From Felis catus (Eukaryota), in the NCBI RefSeq assembly GCF_018350175.1, contig NC_058368.1, positions 83,764,001 through 83,828,000 on the forward strand: DNA of 64,000 bases, written 5' to 3'. Position 1 is the first letter of the stretch. Each line of letters opens with the position of its first letter. Position numbers and translations under genes: made by a program. The notes below the pieces were generated by a model. The model had not been told where the DNA came from. It made no database searches and saw only the letters and a program-made list of their open reading frames with translations. Below are positions 51,070-63,652 of this stretch, in pieces.

Positions 51070-54000
51070 TTGAAAGAGACTGGGGGATCGCCATTTCCCC
51101 ACCACAACCACCACCACCACACAGGGCCCACAATGGAGGTGGGACCAGCCTGCACAAACCACCCCCCTCCGTGCCAGGTAACTGTATTTCTGCTGGAGCC
51201 AGATAGATGCTGTGCAATAAGACGGCTTGTTCATCCAGACCAGTGATGCTACATAACCTGGATTAATCCCAGGATAATACTTGTCCTGGCTATATCCTCC
51301 CTTCCTATCTGTTCCCTCCACTAGGCTGGTTACTCTGGTAATTGGTTCGTTTAATCAGACATATTTAATCCATTCCCTTGTTACATGTTCTACATCTCCT
51401 TCTGTACTTTCCTTTCTCTCTCTCTGGATTAATCAAACCATATAGTTTCACTGTCTGGGTAACTTTATCTTCATTTTTTCCCCCTGCCTCCTTCTTCATT
51501 TTCCTTTCTCTCTTCCTGGATTAAGCCATTTAGTCTCTCTGCCTTGTCAATGCTTATTTTCTCTTTGTCTCCACCCCTGTTATTTCTCTCTTTGTATGTG
51601 CTCTTTCATCAGCACAACCTCCACCCTGTTCTTGACTTGTAGCTGATGTTTGTGTTCTTTTTCTCATATACTGCTTTTGTTTGTGTGTGTGAGTGTGTGT
51701 GTGTGTATTTCCATTTGTTTGTTTCTTTTATGTGTATGTGTGTTTGCTTGTCTCTATGTCCTATTTGTATGTTTGTTTTCCTATCCAGGGTTATTTCAAG
51801 GAATAAAATGAAGCACATCTCATGCAGGGTCCAAAACATCACTACAAGTAGAGAAATAAAATAACCAAAGTAACAACAATAGAGAACAAGTAACATTCTC
51901 ACTTTCCAAAAAAACGCCACCGGAAGAACCAGGCCCGGGACAGTGTATGACCCCCTTTAATATAGCAGTGTTCACAGGTACAGAGTACATAACCAGCTTA
52001 TAAAACTCATAAGGGACAGAAAACTAGCCAAAATATGAAACAGAAGGATTCCCCTCAAAAGAAATTCCAGGAAAAAGTGACATCTGAAGAACTGATCAAA
52101 ACAGATAAAAGCAATATAACTGAACAAGAATTTAGGATAATAATCATAAGATAAATCACTGCATTTGAAATAGGTATAGAAGACAGCAGAGAATCTATTA
52201 CTGTAGAGATCAAGAAACTAAAAAATAGTCATGATGAATTAAAAATGCTATAAATGAAGTAGAAAATAAAATGGAGGAAGCTACAGTATGTAATGAAGAA
52301 GCAGAGGGGAGAATAATGAATTAGAAGATAATATTATGGAACGGGATAAAAGAGAAAGCTGAGAAAAAGAGATTTAAAAAAATCTGGATCACGAGGGGAG
52401 AATTAGAGAACTAAGTGATTCAATGAAATGGAATAATATCCGTCTCATAGGAATTCCAGAAGAAGAAGAGAGGGAGAAAGGGAAGAGGGTGTACTTGAAC
52501 AAATCATAACTGAGAACTTCCCTGACTTGGTGAAGGAAACATACATAGAAATTCAGGAGGCACAGAGAACTCCCTTCAGATGTAACTTGAATCAATCTTC
52601 TGCAAAACATATCATAGTGAAAATGGCAAAATAAAAAGACAAACAGATTTCTCAAAGTAGCTAGGGATAAACGGGGTCTTAACATACAAAGGTAGACACA
52701 TAAGACTAGTAGCAGATCTATCTACTGAAACTTGTCAGGCCAGAAAGGAATGGCAGGAAATCTTCAATGTGATGAACAGAAAAAAATATGCAGCAGAGAA
52801 TACTTTATCCAGCAAGTCTGTCATTCAGAATAGAAGGAGAGATAAAGGTCTTCCCAAACAAACAAAAACTGAAGGAATTCATCTCCAGTAAACCAGCCCT
52901 ACAAGAAATCCTAAGGGGGACTCTGTGAGTGAAATGTTGCAAGGACCACAAAGTACCAGAGACACCACTACCAGCATGAAACCTACAGATATCACAATGA
53001 CGCTAAACCCATATCTTTCAATAACAACATTGATTGTAAATGGACTAAATGCTCCAATCAAAAGACATAGGGTAACAGAATGGATAAAAAAAAAGACCCA
53101 CATATTCGCTGTCTACAAGACATTCATTTCAACCCTGAGGACACTTTCAAATTAAAAGTGAGGGGATGAAGAACTATCTATCATGCTCCTGGAAGTCAAT
53201 AGAAAGCTGGAGTGGCCATACTTATATCAGACAAACTAGACTTAAATTAAAGGCTGTAACAAGAGATGAAGAAGGGCATTATATAATAATTACAGGGTAT
53301 ATCCATCAGGAAGAGCTAAAAATTTTAAATGTCTATGCACCGAATTCAGGAGAACCCAATATTTAAAACAATTAACCACAAACATAAACAATCTTATTGA
53401 TAAGAATGTGATAATTGCAGGGGACTTTAATACTTCATTGACAGCAATGGACAGGTCATCTAGACACAGAATCAGTATGGAAACAATGTCTCTGAATGAT
53501 ACATTGGACCAGATGGATTTGACAGGTATATTTAGAACCCTACATCCCCAAACAGCAGAATACACATTCTTCTCGAGTGCACATGGAACTTTCTCCAAGA
53601 TAGATCACATACTGGGTCACAAAAGAGCACTCAATAAATATAAAATAATTGAGATCATACTATGCACATTTTCAGATCACAATGCTATGATACTTGAAAT
53701 CAACCACAGAAAAATGTCTGGAAAACCTCCAAAAGCATGGAGGTTAATGAAAATCCTCCTAAAGAATGAATGGAGCAAACAGGCAATTAAAGATATTAAA
53801 ATATATATGGAAACAAATGTACATGAAAATACTACAATCCAAACCATTTGGGATGCAGCAAAGGTAGTCCTAAGAGGCAAATACATTGCAATCCAGGCGT
53901 ATCTCAAGAAACAAGAAAAATCCCAAATACAAAATCAACAGCACACCAAAAAGAACTAGAAGCAGAACAGCAAAGACACCCCAAACCCAGCAAATGAAGA

Positions 54001-54322
54001 GAAATAATAAAGATCAGAGCAGAAATAAACAATATAGAATCCAAAATATGTGGTAGAACAGATCAATAAAACATAGAGTTGTTTTTTTGAAAAAATAAGT
54101 GAAATTTATAAACCTCTAGCCACGCTTCTCAAAAGGAAAAGAGAGAGGACCAACATAGATAAAATCATGAATGAAAATATATTTGTTACAACCAATCCCT
54201 CAGAAATGCAAGCAATTATCAGGGAATACTATTAAAAACTTATCCGCCAACAATCTGGACAACCTGGAAGAAATGAACAAATTCCTAAACACACACACAC
54301 TACTAAAACTCAAATGGGAAGA
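51070..54322 (+). mobile_element. L1-H: felid L1 (same 5'UTR type as B and D), 5'- and 3'-truncated
   Basis: 5'UTR matches L1-B from about 11420; ORF1; ORF2 ATG about 52997; EN ORF 53408-53959; ends at ctcaaatgggaaga. Confidence 0.9.
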
Positions 54323-57300
54323 CCCTCCTTTTTAGTAGGATCTTATTCTGGTTTTGGAATAAAGGTAATCCCCGGCTTTAAGAATGAGTTTGGAAGCTTT
54401 TCTTCTATTTCTATTTTGTGGAACAGTTTGAGCAGAACATGTATTAACTTCTTTAAATGTCTATTAGACATTTAAATTCCCCTGTGAAGCCACCTGGTCC
54501 TGGACCCTGCTTCATTGGGAGATTTCTGATCACCGATTCCATTTATATGCTGGTTATATGTCTGTTCAAATTGTCTATTTTTTCCTGTTTCAGTTTTGGT
54601 AGTTTGCATGTTTCTAGGAATTTGTTCATTTCTTCCAGATTTCCCCGGTTGTTGGCATATAATTTTTCATAATATTCTCTTATGCTTATTTGTATTTCTG
54701 TGGTATTGATTCTGATCTCTTGCCCTTCATTCATGACTTTACTTGGGTTCTTTCTTTTTTCTTTTTGAAAATCTAGAGAGGGGCTTGTCGTTTTAATTAA
54801 TTTCTTCAAAGAACCAACTCTTAGTTTGTTGATCTGTTCTATTGTTTTTTTTTTTGTTTTTGTTGTTGTTGTTTTGTTTCTATTTCATTTATTTCTGCTC
54901 TAATCTTTATTTCCCTTCTTCTTCTGGCTTTAGAGTTTATTTTCTGTACGCTTTCTAGTCCCTTTATCTGTAATGTCAGGTTACATATTGAGACTTTCTT
55001 CCTTCTTGAGGTAGGTTTGTATTGCAATACACTTCCCTCTTAGGACTGCCTTTGCTGCATCCTAAAGTTTTCAGACCATCATGGTTTCATTTTCATTTGC
55101 TTCCATGTATTTTTTTTATTTCTTCTTTAGTTTCTTGGTTAATCCATTCATTATTTATAGGATGTTATTTTGCTCCATGTAATTGTTGTCTTTCTTGTGG
55201 CTGACTTCAAGTTTCATAGTTTTGTGGTCTGAAATTATGCATGGTATTATCTCGATTTTTTTGTACTTGTTGAGCACTGATTTTGGACCCAGTATATGAT
55301 GTATTCTGTAGAAAGTTTCATGTGCACTTGAAAAGAATGTGTATTCTGCTGCTTTAGAATGAAGTGTTGTGAATATATCTGTTAAGTCTTTCCAGTGTAG
55401 AGTGTCATTCAAAGCCATTGTTTTCTTATTGATTTTCTGCTTAGATGATCTGTAAATTACTGTAAGTGGGGTATTAAAGTCCCTGCTATTATTGAAATTG
55501 TGTCTGTTGTTAATTGGTTTGTATATTTTCAGGCTTTCTAGTTGGGTGCGTATGTATTTTCAGTTGTTTGATCTTAGTGGATAGACCCTTACAATGCCTT
55601 TCTTCATCTCCTGTCTGTCTTTTTTATAAAATCTAGTTTGTCTGTTATAAGTATGGCTACTCCAGCTTTCTTATGATGTCCATTATTATGACTGATGTTT
55701 CTCCATCCCCTTACTTTCAGTCTACTTTCAGCCTAGTTGTCTCTGGGTCTCAGATGAGTGTCTTGCAGGCAGCATATAGATGGGTCTTTTTTTTGTCCAT
55801 TCTGATTCCTTATTTCCTTTTACTGGAGCATTTAGTCTATTTACATTCAGAGTGGTTATTGAAAAAAATGAATGTTGTACCATTGTGTCACCTGTAGAGT
55901 TGGTGTTTCTGGTGATATTCTCTGTTCCTTTCTAGTCTTTATTGTTTGTTTTTGTTCCCATTCAGAGAGTCCCCTTTAATATTTCTTGCAAAGTTGATTT
56001 AGTGGGAACAAGCTCCTTTAGTTTTTGTTTGTCTGGAAAACTTTTTATCTCTATTTTGGTTCTGAATGACAGCCTTGCTGGATAAAGTATTCTTGGATGC
56101 ATATTTATCCATTCAGAGTGTTGAATATATCCTGTCATTCCATTATGGCCTGACAAGTTTCTGTGGACATATTTGCTCTGAATCTGATTTGTCTTGCCTT
56201 GTAAGTTAAGACCTTTTTTTTTCCCCTTCCTGCTTTCAGGATTCTTTCCTTGTCAGTGTATTTTGTGAACTTGACTATGACATGTCTAGGTGATGGTTGG
56301 TTTTTTGCTGAATTTAATTAGAGTTATCTGTGCTCTTGGATTTTGATGTGTTTATCCTTCCCAGATTAAGGAAGTTTTCGGCTACGATTTGCTCAAATAA
56401 ATATTCTGCCCTTTTTTCTATCTCTTTCTCTTCTGTGACTCTTTGATAAAAATGTTATTACGTTTTTAGAAGTTGCTGAGTTTTCTATGTCTAACTTTGC
56501 AATCCAATACCTTTCTCTCCTTCTTCAATTCAGCTTCATTAGTCACCATTATATTTTCTCCGGTATCACTGGTTCATTTATCCATTTCATCCATCTTCAT
56601 TGTTATGGCATCCATTTGGGATTACATCTTGGTTGTAGCATTTCAACTTCAGTCTGACTAAATTTTAGTTCTTTCATCTCTGCAGTAAAGGATTCTTTAG
56701 TGGTTTCTAAACCACTTTTTTTAAGCACAGGTAGTATCCTTGTAATTGTTGTTTAAAATTCTAGTTCAGACATCTTACTTATATCTGTATGGATTAAATC
56801 CCTGGCTGTAATTTCTAGTTCTTGTTTTTTCTTTTGTGGTGAATTCCTCGATCTTGTCATTTTGTCTAGGAAAAAAAAAAACAATCTTTCCCCCGAGAAA
56901 CAAAAAAATAACAACTAGATCCTAGGTGTGTTTTTGTATGCTTGTTATAAGAAACTAGAGCCAAATAATAATAATAATAATAATAATAATAATTTTATTA
57001 TTGAAATTATATAATGTAATATATATTATATATATTTGATACAATGTCTTTCTTCATATCTTGTTACTGTCTTTTTTTGTAAAATATAATTTATTATATA
57101 CGTATATATATTAAAAATTAAAAAAAATAAATTTAAAAATAAAAAAGTAAAAATAAGAGGGAAGCTAGATCCTTTTCCCTTAGAGCTGAAGTTTTGGAGC
57201 ACTCTATTGTTAGTAGTCTTGGTTTCTGTGAATGGTTTGTTTTGTGAGTGGTTTGTTCTGGTATTTTGAGTGAGGGACCTGATGTGCTAATTCTGAGTCT

Positions 57301-58640
57301 GACTTGCCCTAGTGGAGATACATCTGCAGGGCTCAGCAGGATTTTGTTTAGAAGCTCTGGTATCCACCTGGTGGCACTGTTTAACTCATTGAAGTAGGTC
57401 AGTTCTGTAGAGGGAGTGTGACAATGGCTTTGCCACACTCTCTAGTCTCTGGTGCAGGGACTTCATGGATGCCACTCCTCAAGAAGCCCTGGCCAATGAA
57501 CAATCACCCCTTGTATCCCTAGCTTTTGTCAGATCCCTGCCTGTGCCCTGCCTGTTTTTGAGTTGTCTGCCTGTGAGGCAGCACAGTGCTCCTGTGTTTT
57601 ATCTCAGACAGGGCTGTGTTTCAAAACTCTATACTCTTAAAACATCCAGGTCTTCCTGGATGACTCAGTCCATTGATCATCTGACTCAATTTCAGCTCAG
57701 GTCATGATTCCAGGGTTGTGGGATCAAGCCCCGAGTTAGGCTCTGCACTGAGCATGGATCCTACTTAAGATTCTCTCTGTCTCTCTCTGTCTCTCTCTCT
57801 CTCCCTCTCCCTCTGTCTCTCTCTCCCTCTTTCCCTCTCCCCTGTTCATATACTCTCTCTAAAAGAAATGAAAAATTAAAAATAAAACTTCAGGGATCCT
57901 GGTGGCATGGCCCCATGCTTACTCTCTGCCCAAGGGTTTCACTGCATCATGGCTGGTGCCCCTTGTACCCAAAACAGTCACTCAGTTGTGTAATGGCTTG
58001 GCATTTGTGGTAAATCACAACACAAATCCAGAGCCAAGGTTTGCTGCCCTAAGCCAGTCAGTGTCTTTGTTCCCATTCTGGTAAACAGACAGCTCAATGG
58101 TGCCCATTGGGTCTTTTTTCTATGGAGGGGTCATATCACCTCTACCAAATGCACTCCAGTGCAGTGGAACTCTTTCTTGGGGATCTTGAGACCCTGCTAC
58201 CCACTCCAGGTCTCCACCCTCCTTTCCAGCATAGCACTTTCAGGCATGATCCTGGCAATGGTATTGACCTCTGAAACTTCAGACTTGCACTCCTCTGTTT
58301 AAAAACACTCTCTTTTTTCTCAGTCAATGGTTTGGGATGAGTTTTTCTTGTGAAATCCCCTGCATGTGTTTTCAGTCTTTTTTTCTCTCTCTCCTCTCTC
58401 TGCAGAAAAGACTCCATACCTTACACAACACCCATGGCTCTTTTCTCTCCTAAATCAACTCTCACAGTTACTACCCTCCACAAGGTGGTCATTTTTCACT
58501 GCTTGTAGATGTGAAGGTTGGTTCTTTCAGTACTCATATTGATTTCTTCTGTGTTCAAATGATTTGATATTTATCTAGCTATTTTCAAGGATGAGACAAG
58601 CTTAGGGTCACGCTACTCTTCCATAATCTTAAGCCTCTTG
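54323..58640 (-). mobile_element. L1-I: 5' half of an L1 (5'UTR, ORF1, EN), 3' half missing
   Basis: 5' start aagattatggaagagtagcgtgacc (reverse complement); ORF1 ATG about 56849; MALNDTLHWKDLTDIF. Confidence 0.88.
57649..57885 (+). mobile_element. Can-SINE in the L1-I 5'UTR
   Basis: cctggatgactcagtc...(CT)n...A tail; flanks aaaacatccagg / aaaacttcagg. Confidence 0.88.
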
Positions 58641-58704
58641 AATGATTCTTAAGTAGATGATTAACATGATATAATTGGAGTTTCATAAGACCATTCTAAT
58701 TTCT

Positions 58705-58914
58705 ATTTTTTATTTTTTTTAATGTTTATTTATTTTTGAAACACAGAGTACAAGTGGGGAGGGGCAGAGACAGAGGGAGACACAGAATCTGAATGAGGCT
58801 CCAGGCTCTGAGCTGTCAGCATAGAGCCCAATACAGGCCTCAAACCCACAGACTATGAGATAATGACCTGAGCTGAAGTTGAATACCCAAACGACCAAGC
58901 CACACAGGCGCCTC
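58705..58914 (-). mobile_element. Can-SINE
   Basis: Perfect 18-bp TSD aagaccattctaatttct. Confidence 0.95.
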
Positions 58915-59007
58915 AAGACCATTCTAATTTCTGAGTAAAAATTGGATGGAAGAGAAAAAAATGGAGTTAGAAAATTCCAAATGAGGTTGTTGAAAAAATT
59001 CAGAACA

Positions 59008-59219
59008 GGGGTGCCTGAGTGTCTCAGTCGGTTAAGCATCTGCCTTCATCTCAGGTCATGATCTTGCAATCATCAGTTCAAGCCTCATGTCAGGCTCTGT
59101 GCTGACAACTCAGAGCCTGGAGCCTCCTTCAGAATCTGTGTGTGTCTCTCGCTCTCCCACTCCCCCACTCAGACTCTGTCTCTCTCAAAAATGAATTTTA
59201 AAAATTATTGAAAAAAATT
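59008..59219 (+). mobile_element. Can-SINE
   Basis: TSD aaaaat(t/c)cagaaca. Confidence 0.94.
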
Positions 59220-59498
59220 AAAAATCCAGAACAGAGAGACTGTGGTGAACATATTTTAATATGAAATATGTGACTGTATTTAAAGGATATTCAGAGGACA
59301 TGACTGATAGTAAATGAATTTTAGTTCATGTTGATTGTGAAGTTTCAGTGGTATATCCAGGAGAAGTTATCAAATAGAGAGTTGGCAGTGTGGGGCAGAG
59401 AAATAATTGGGAGCTTTAGATGTGGGAAATTTCAGCAAACAGATGGTTATTGAATTTATGGACTTATTGTGTGCCAAATAAGCCTATGAATAAAGTAC

Positions 59499-59625
59499 TT
59501 TTGGCTCAGGTCATGATCTCATGGTTTGTGATTTCAGGCTCCACATTGGGCCCTGTGCTGGCAGCAAAACCTGCTTGGGATTCTCTCTCTCTCTCTCTCT
59601 CTCTCAAAATAAATAACTAAACATT
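59499..59625 (+). mobile_element. 5'-truncated Can-SINE
   Basis: ttggctcaggtcatgatctc...(CT)n aaaataaata. Confidence 0.85.
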
Positions 59626-60520
59626 ATTCTTTAATAATTTCAATATTGTTAACATAAAGTATCATATTAGTTTCAGGTGTACAATATAAGTGGTACAACA
59701 ATCCTATACATAACTTAGTGATCATCAAGATAAGTGTACTCTTAGTCCCCTTCACCTATTTCACTAATCTCACCACTCCCCTTCCCTCAGTAGTCATCAG
59801 TTTGTTCTCTATAGCTAAAGTCTGGTTTATAGTTTGTCTCTCTTTTTTTTTCTTTCTTTCTCTGTTTTGTTAACTAAATTCCACTTATAAGTATAATCAT
59901 ACAGTAATTGTCTTTCTGTGACTGACTTATTTCACTTATCAGTATATTATCTAGATCTATCCATGTTGTTTCCAATGACAATATTTCATTTATTTATTGC
60001 TGAGTATATTACACCTTCTTTATTCATTCATCAATCACTGAACACTTGGGCTGCTTCCACAATTTGACTATTGTAAATAATGCTGCCATAAACATAAGGG
60101 TTCTTACATCTTTTTAAATTAGTGTGTTTGTATTCTTTTTATCATATGATAATTTTCTTTTTGAGACAGACCTGGAGCATGAGCAGAAAGAAAGGGAAAG
60201 AGAGAATCCTAAGAAGTCTCTACACCCAGCACAGAGCACAATGCAGGGCTTGATCCCATGACTATGATATCATGACCTAAGCAAAAACCAAAAGTTGAAC
60301 GCTTAACCTACTGAGCCACGCAGGTGCCCCATATGGTAATTCTATTTTAAAATTTTGAGGAACTTACATTCTTCTTTCCACGGTGGTTGCACCAACTTGG
60401 ATTCCCACCAATTATGCATGAGGTTTCCTTTTTTCCTACATCCTTGTCATTTTTATTTTAGCCATTCTGACAGGTGTGAGGTGATATATCATTGTGGTTT
60501 TAATATCTATGTCTCTAATG
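59626..60520 (-). mobile_element. Older carnivore L1 3' end
   Basis: Antisense 3'UTR and ORF2 end (tattagtttcaggtgtacaatat...ccattctgacaggtgtgaggtg). Confidence 0.85.
60155..60330 (-). mobile_element. Can-SINE
   Basis: Ends gagccacgcaggtgcccc; TSD-like atatg(a/g)taatt. Confidence 0.85.
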
Positions 60521-61301
60521 GATTAAGGCCTTAGATGTGTGACCCGAAACCATAAAAATCCTAGAAGATAGTATGGACAATAATCTCTTTGACATTGGCC
60601 ATAGGGTTATCTTTCTAGATATGTCCTCTGAGACAATGGAAACAAAAGCAAAAATAAACTATTGGGACATCATCAAAATAAAAAGCACAGCAAAGGAAAC
60701 AAACAAAAAAGCTAAAACTTAGCCTGAATAATGGCAGAAGATATTTGCAAATGACATGTCTGATAAAGGGGTAGTATCCAAATTATATAAGGAACTTATA
60801 CAACTGAACAACCAGAAGACCAAAGAATCCAGTTAAGAAATGGGCAGAAAACATGAATCAACACTTTTCTGATGAAGACATACAGATGGCTAACGGACAT
60901 ATGAAAAGATGCTCATCATCACTCACCATCAGGGAAATACAAATCAAACCTAAAATGAGATATTACCATCACTTCACATCTGTCAGAAAGGCTAAAATTA
61001 ACAACACAGTGAACAATGGGTGTTAATGAGGATGTGGAGAAAGGGGACCCCTCTTACATTGTTGGTGGGAATGCAAATTGGTTCTGCCACTCTGGAAAGC
61101 AGTACAGAGATTTCTTGAAACATTTAAAAAAGAACTATACTGCAATTCAGCAATAACACTATTTGGTAGTTAAACAGATAACACAAACACACTAATTCAA
61201 AGTGATACATACACCTCAATGTTTATAGCAGCATTTCCAACAATAGGTAAATTATAGAAAGAGACCAAATATCCATCAACTGATGAATGGATAAAGAAGT
61301 G

Positions 61302-61344
<43 letters not shown>

Positions 61345-61590
61345 GTTGGCCATAAAAAAGAAATATTGATATTTGCAGCAATGTAGATGGAGTTAGAGCA
61401 TATTGTGCTAAGCGAAATAAGTCAAAGAGAGACAAATACCATGATATCACTCATATGTGGAATTTAAGAAACAAAACAAATGAAAAATGGTGAGGTGGGG
61501 GGAAAAAAGAGGCAAACCAAGAAACAGACTCGTAACTATAGAGGACAAACATGGTTACCAGATGGGAGGTTGGCAGGGGGCATGGGTTGA
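60517..61590 (+). mobile_element. L1 ORF2 end and partial 3'UTR
   Basis: aatggattaaggccttagatgtg...gaaacagactcgtaactatagagg; (TA)n at 61306-61340. Confidence 0.85.
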
Positions 61591-61669
61591 TTGTATTAAT
61601 ATCATGGGTGTTTGCATGCATCCAAACTCATCAAAGTCTGCATGTTAAATGTGTGCAGTTTTTTAAATA

Positions 61670-61747
61670 ATTTTTAAAAGTTTATTTGTTTATTTTGAGA
61701 GTGGAAAGGGGGAGAGAGAGGGAGGAAGAGACAAAATGCCAAGCAGT
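61670..61747 (-). mobile_element. Can-SINE 3' fragment (head deleted)
   Basis: aagtttatttgtttattttgagag...gagagaggg...ccaagcag. Confidence 0.7.
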
Positions 61748-61759
61748 TTGAGTTTGATG

Positions 61760-63652
61760 AGTTGATTTCGAGTTTCATAGCAGTGTGATCTGAAAATATG
61801 CACGGTATGATCTTGATATTTTTGTACTTACTTAGGGATGATTTGTGTCCCAGTATATGGTCTATTCTGGAGAACGTTCCATGTGCACTGGAGAAGAATG
61901 TATATTCTGCTGCTTTAGGATGAAATGTTATGAATAAGTCAATCTGGTCCAGTGTGCCATTCAAAGCCAATGTTTCTTTGTTAATTTTTTGATTAGATGA
62001 TCTGTCCATTGCTGTAAGTGGGGTGTTGAAGTCCCTACTATTATGGTATTACTATCGATGAGTTTCTTTATGTTTGTGATTAATTGATTTACATATTTGG
62101 GTGCTATCACATTTGGCACATAAATGTTTACAATTGTTAGGTCTTCTTGGTCTATAGACCCCTTGATTATGATATAATGCCCTTCTTCATCTCTTGATAT
62201 AGTCTTTATTTTAAAGTCTAGGTTGTCTGATATAAGTATGGCTACTCCAGCTTTCTTTTGTTGACCATTAGCATGATAGATGGCTCTCCATCCCCTTATT
62301 TTCAATCTGTAGGTATCTTTAGGTCTAAAGTGGGTCTCTTATAAACAGCATATAGATGAATCTTTTTTTCTTATCCATTCTGTTACCCTATGTCTTTTGA
62401 TTGCAGCAATGAGTCCATTGACGTTTAGAGTGAGTATTGAAAGATATGAATTTATTGTCATTATGATGCTTGTAGAGTTGGAGTTTCTGGTGGTGTTCTC
62501 TGGTCCTTTCTAATTTTGCTGCTTTTGGTGTATATATATATATATATTTTTTTTTTCACCTTTTCTCCCCTCAGAGAATCCTCCTTTAAGTTTCTTGCAG
62601 GGCTGGTTTAGTGGTCACAAACTCCTTTAAATTTTGTTTGTCTGGGGAACTTTTAATCTCTCCTTCTATTTTAAGTGACAGCCTTCCTGGATAAAGAATT
62701 CTTGGATGCATATTTTTCTGATTCAGCACATTGAATATATCCTGCCACTCCTTTCTGGCCTGACAAGTTTCTGTGGATAGGTCTGCTGCAAACCAGATTT
62801 ATCTTCCCTTTTTCATTAAGGATGTTTTTTTCCCTTGTTGCTTTCATGATTCTTTCCTTAACTGAATATTTTCTAAAATTAACTATGATATGCCTTGTTG
62901 ACTGTTGGGTTTTGTTGAATGTAATGGAAGTCCTCTGTGTTTCCTGGATTTTGATGTCTGTGTCTATCCCCAGGTTAGGAAAGTTTTCCACTATGATTTG
63001 CTCACATAACCCTTCTACCCCTATTTCTGTCTCTTCCTCCTCTGGGACCCCTATGATTCTGAGGTTGTTCCTTTTTAATGAGTCACTGATTTCTCTAATT
63101 CTTAAATCATGCTCTTTTCCCTTAATCTCCCTCTTTTTTTCTGCCTTATTATTCTCTATAAGTTTGTCCTAGATATTGCTGATTCTCTGTTTTGCTGATT
63201 CTCTGTTCATTCATCTTTGCCACCGCTGCATCCATCCATGATTGCAGCTCAGTTATAGCATTTTTAATTTCATTCTGGCTATTTTTTACTTCTTTTGTCT
63301 CTGCAGAAAGGGATTCTAATGTATTTTTGACTCCAGCTAGTATTCTTATTATCGTGATTCTAAATTCTGGTTCAGACATCTTGCTTGTATCTGTGTTGGT
63401 TAAATCCCTGGATGTCGTTTCTTTGTGCTCTTTCTTTTGGGGTGAATTCCTTTTGGAGCTTCTTGCTCCCCAAATTCAGCTCTTCATGTCTCATACCTGC
63501 TGAATTCTGTGGTTCAGGTTGTGCAGATTGTTGTGTTAATCTTCCAATCAGTTTTCTAGGTGTGTAGGATGACTTAGTGTTTGTCTGGCTCTACTACATG
63601 GACATGAGACACACAAAAAGCTTCCATGCTGTTCTGCCATCTTGGCTCCTTC
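61760..63652 (-). mobile_element. L1-J: L1-G-family element with a ~1.96 kb 5'UTR deletion (candidate spliced copy), 3'-truncated within EN
   Basis: 5' start gccaagatggcagaacagcatggaagc matches L1-G; about 200 nt of UTR joined directly to ORF1; EN ORFs 61961-62305 and 61674-62009. Confidence 0.92.

Larger units (their letters stand above)
58650..59480 (-). mobile_element. L2 fragment interrupted by SINEs
   Basis: aaatgaattttagttcatgttgattgtgaag...tatccagg...tcaaatagagagttgg is L2-like. Confidence 0.5.

Noticed and set aside
35207..58640. L1-E and L1-I as two halves of one interrupted element
   Set aside because: They overlap by about 450-500 nt of ORF2 and differ strongly there.
59626..61590. 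Twin-primed single L1
   Set aside because: Both arms contain the same ORF2 end and 3'UTR, so they are two separate insertions.
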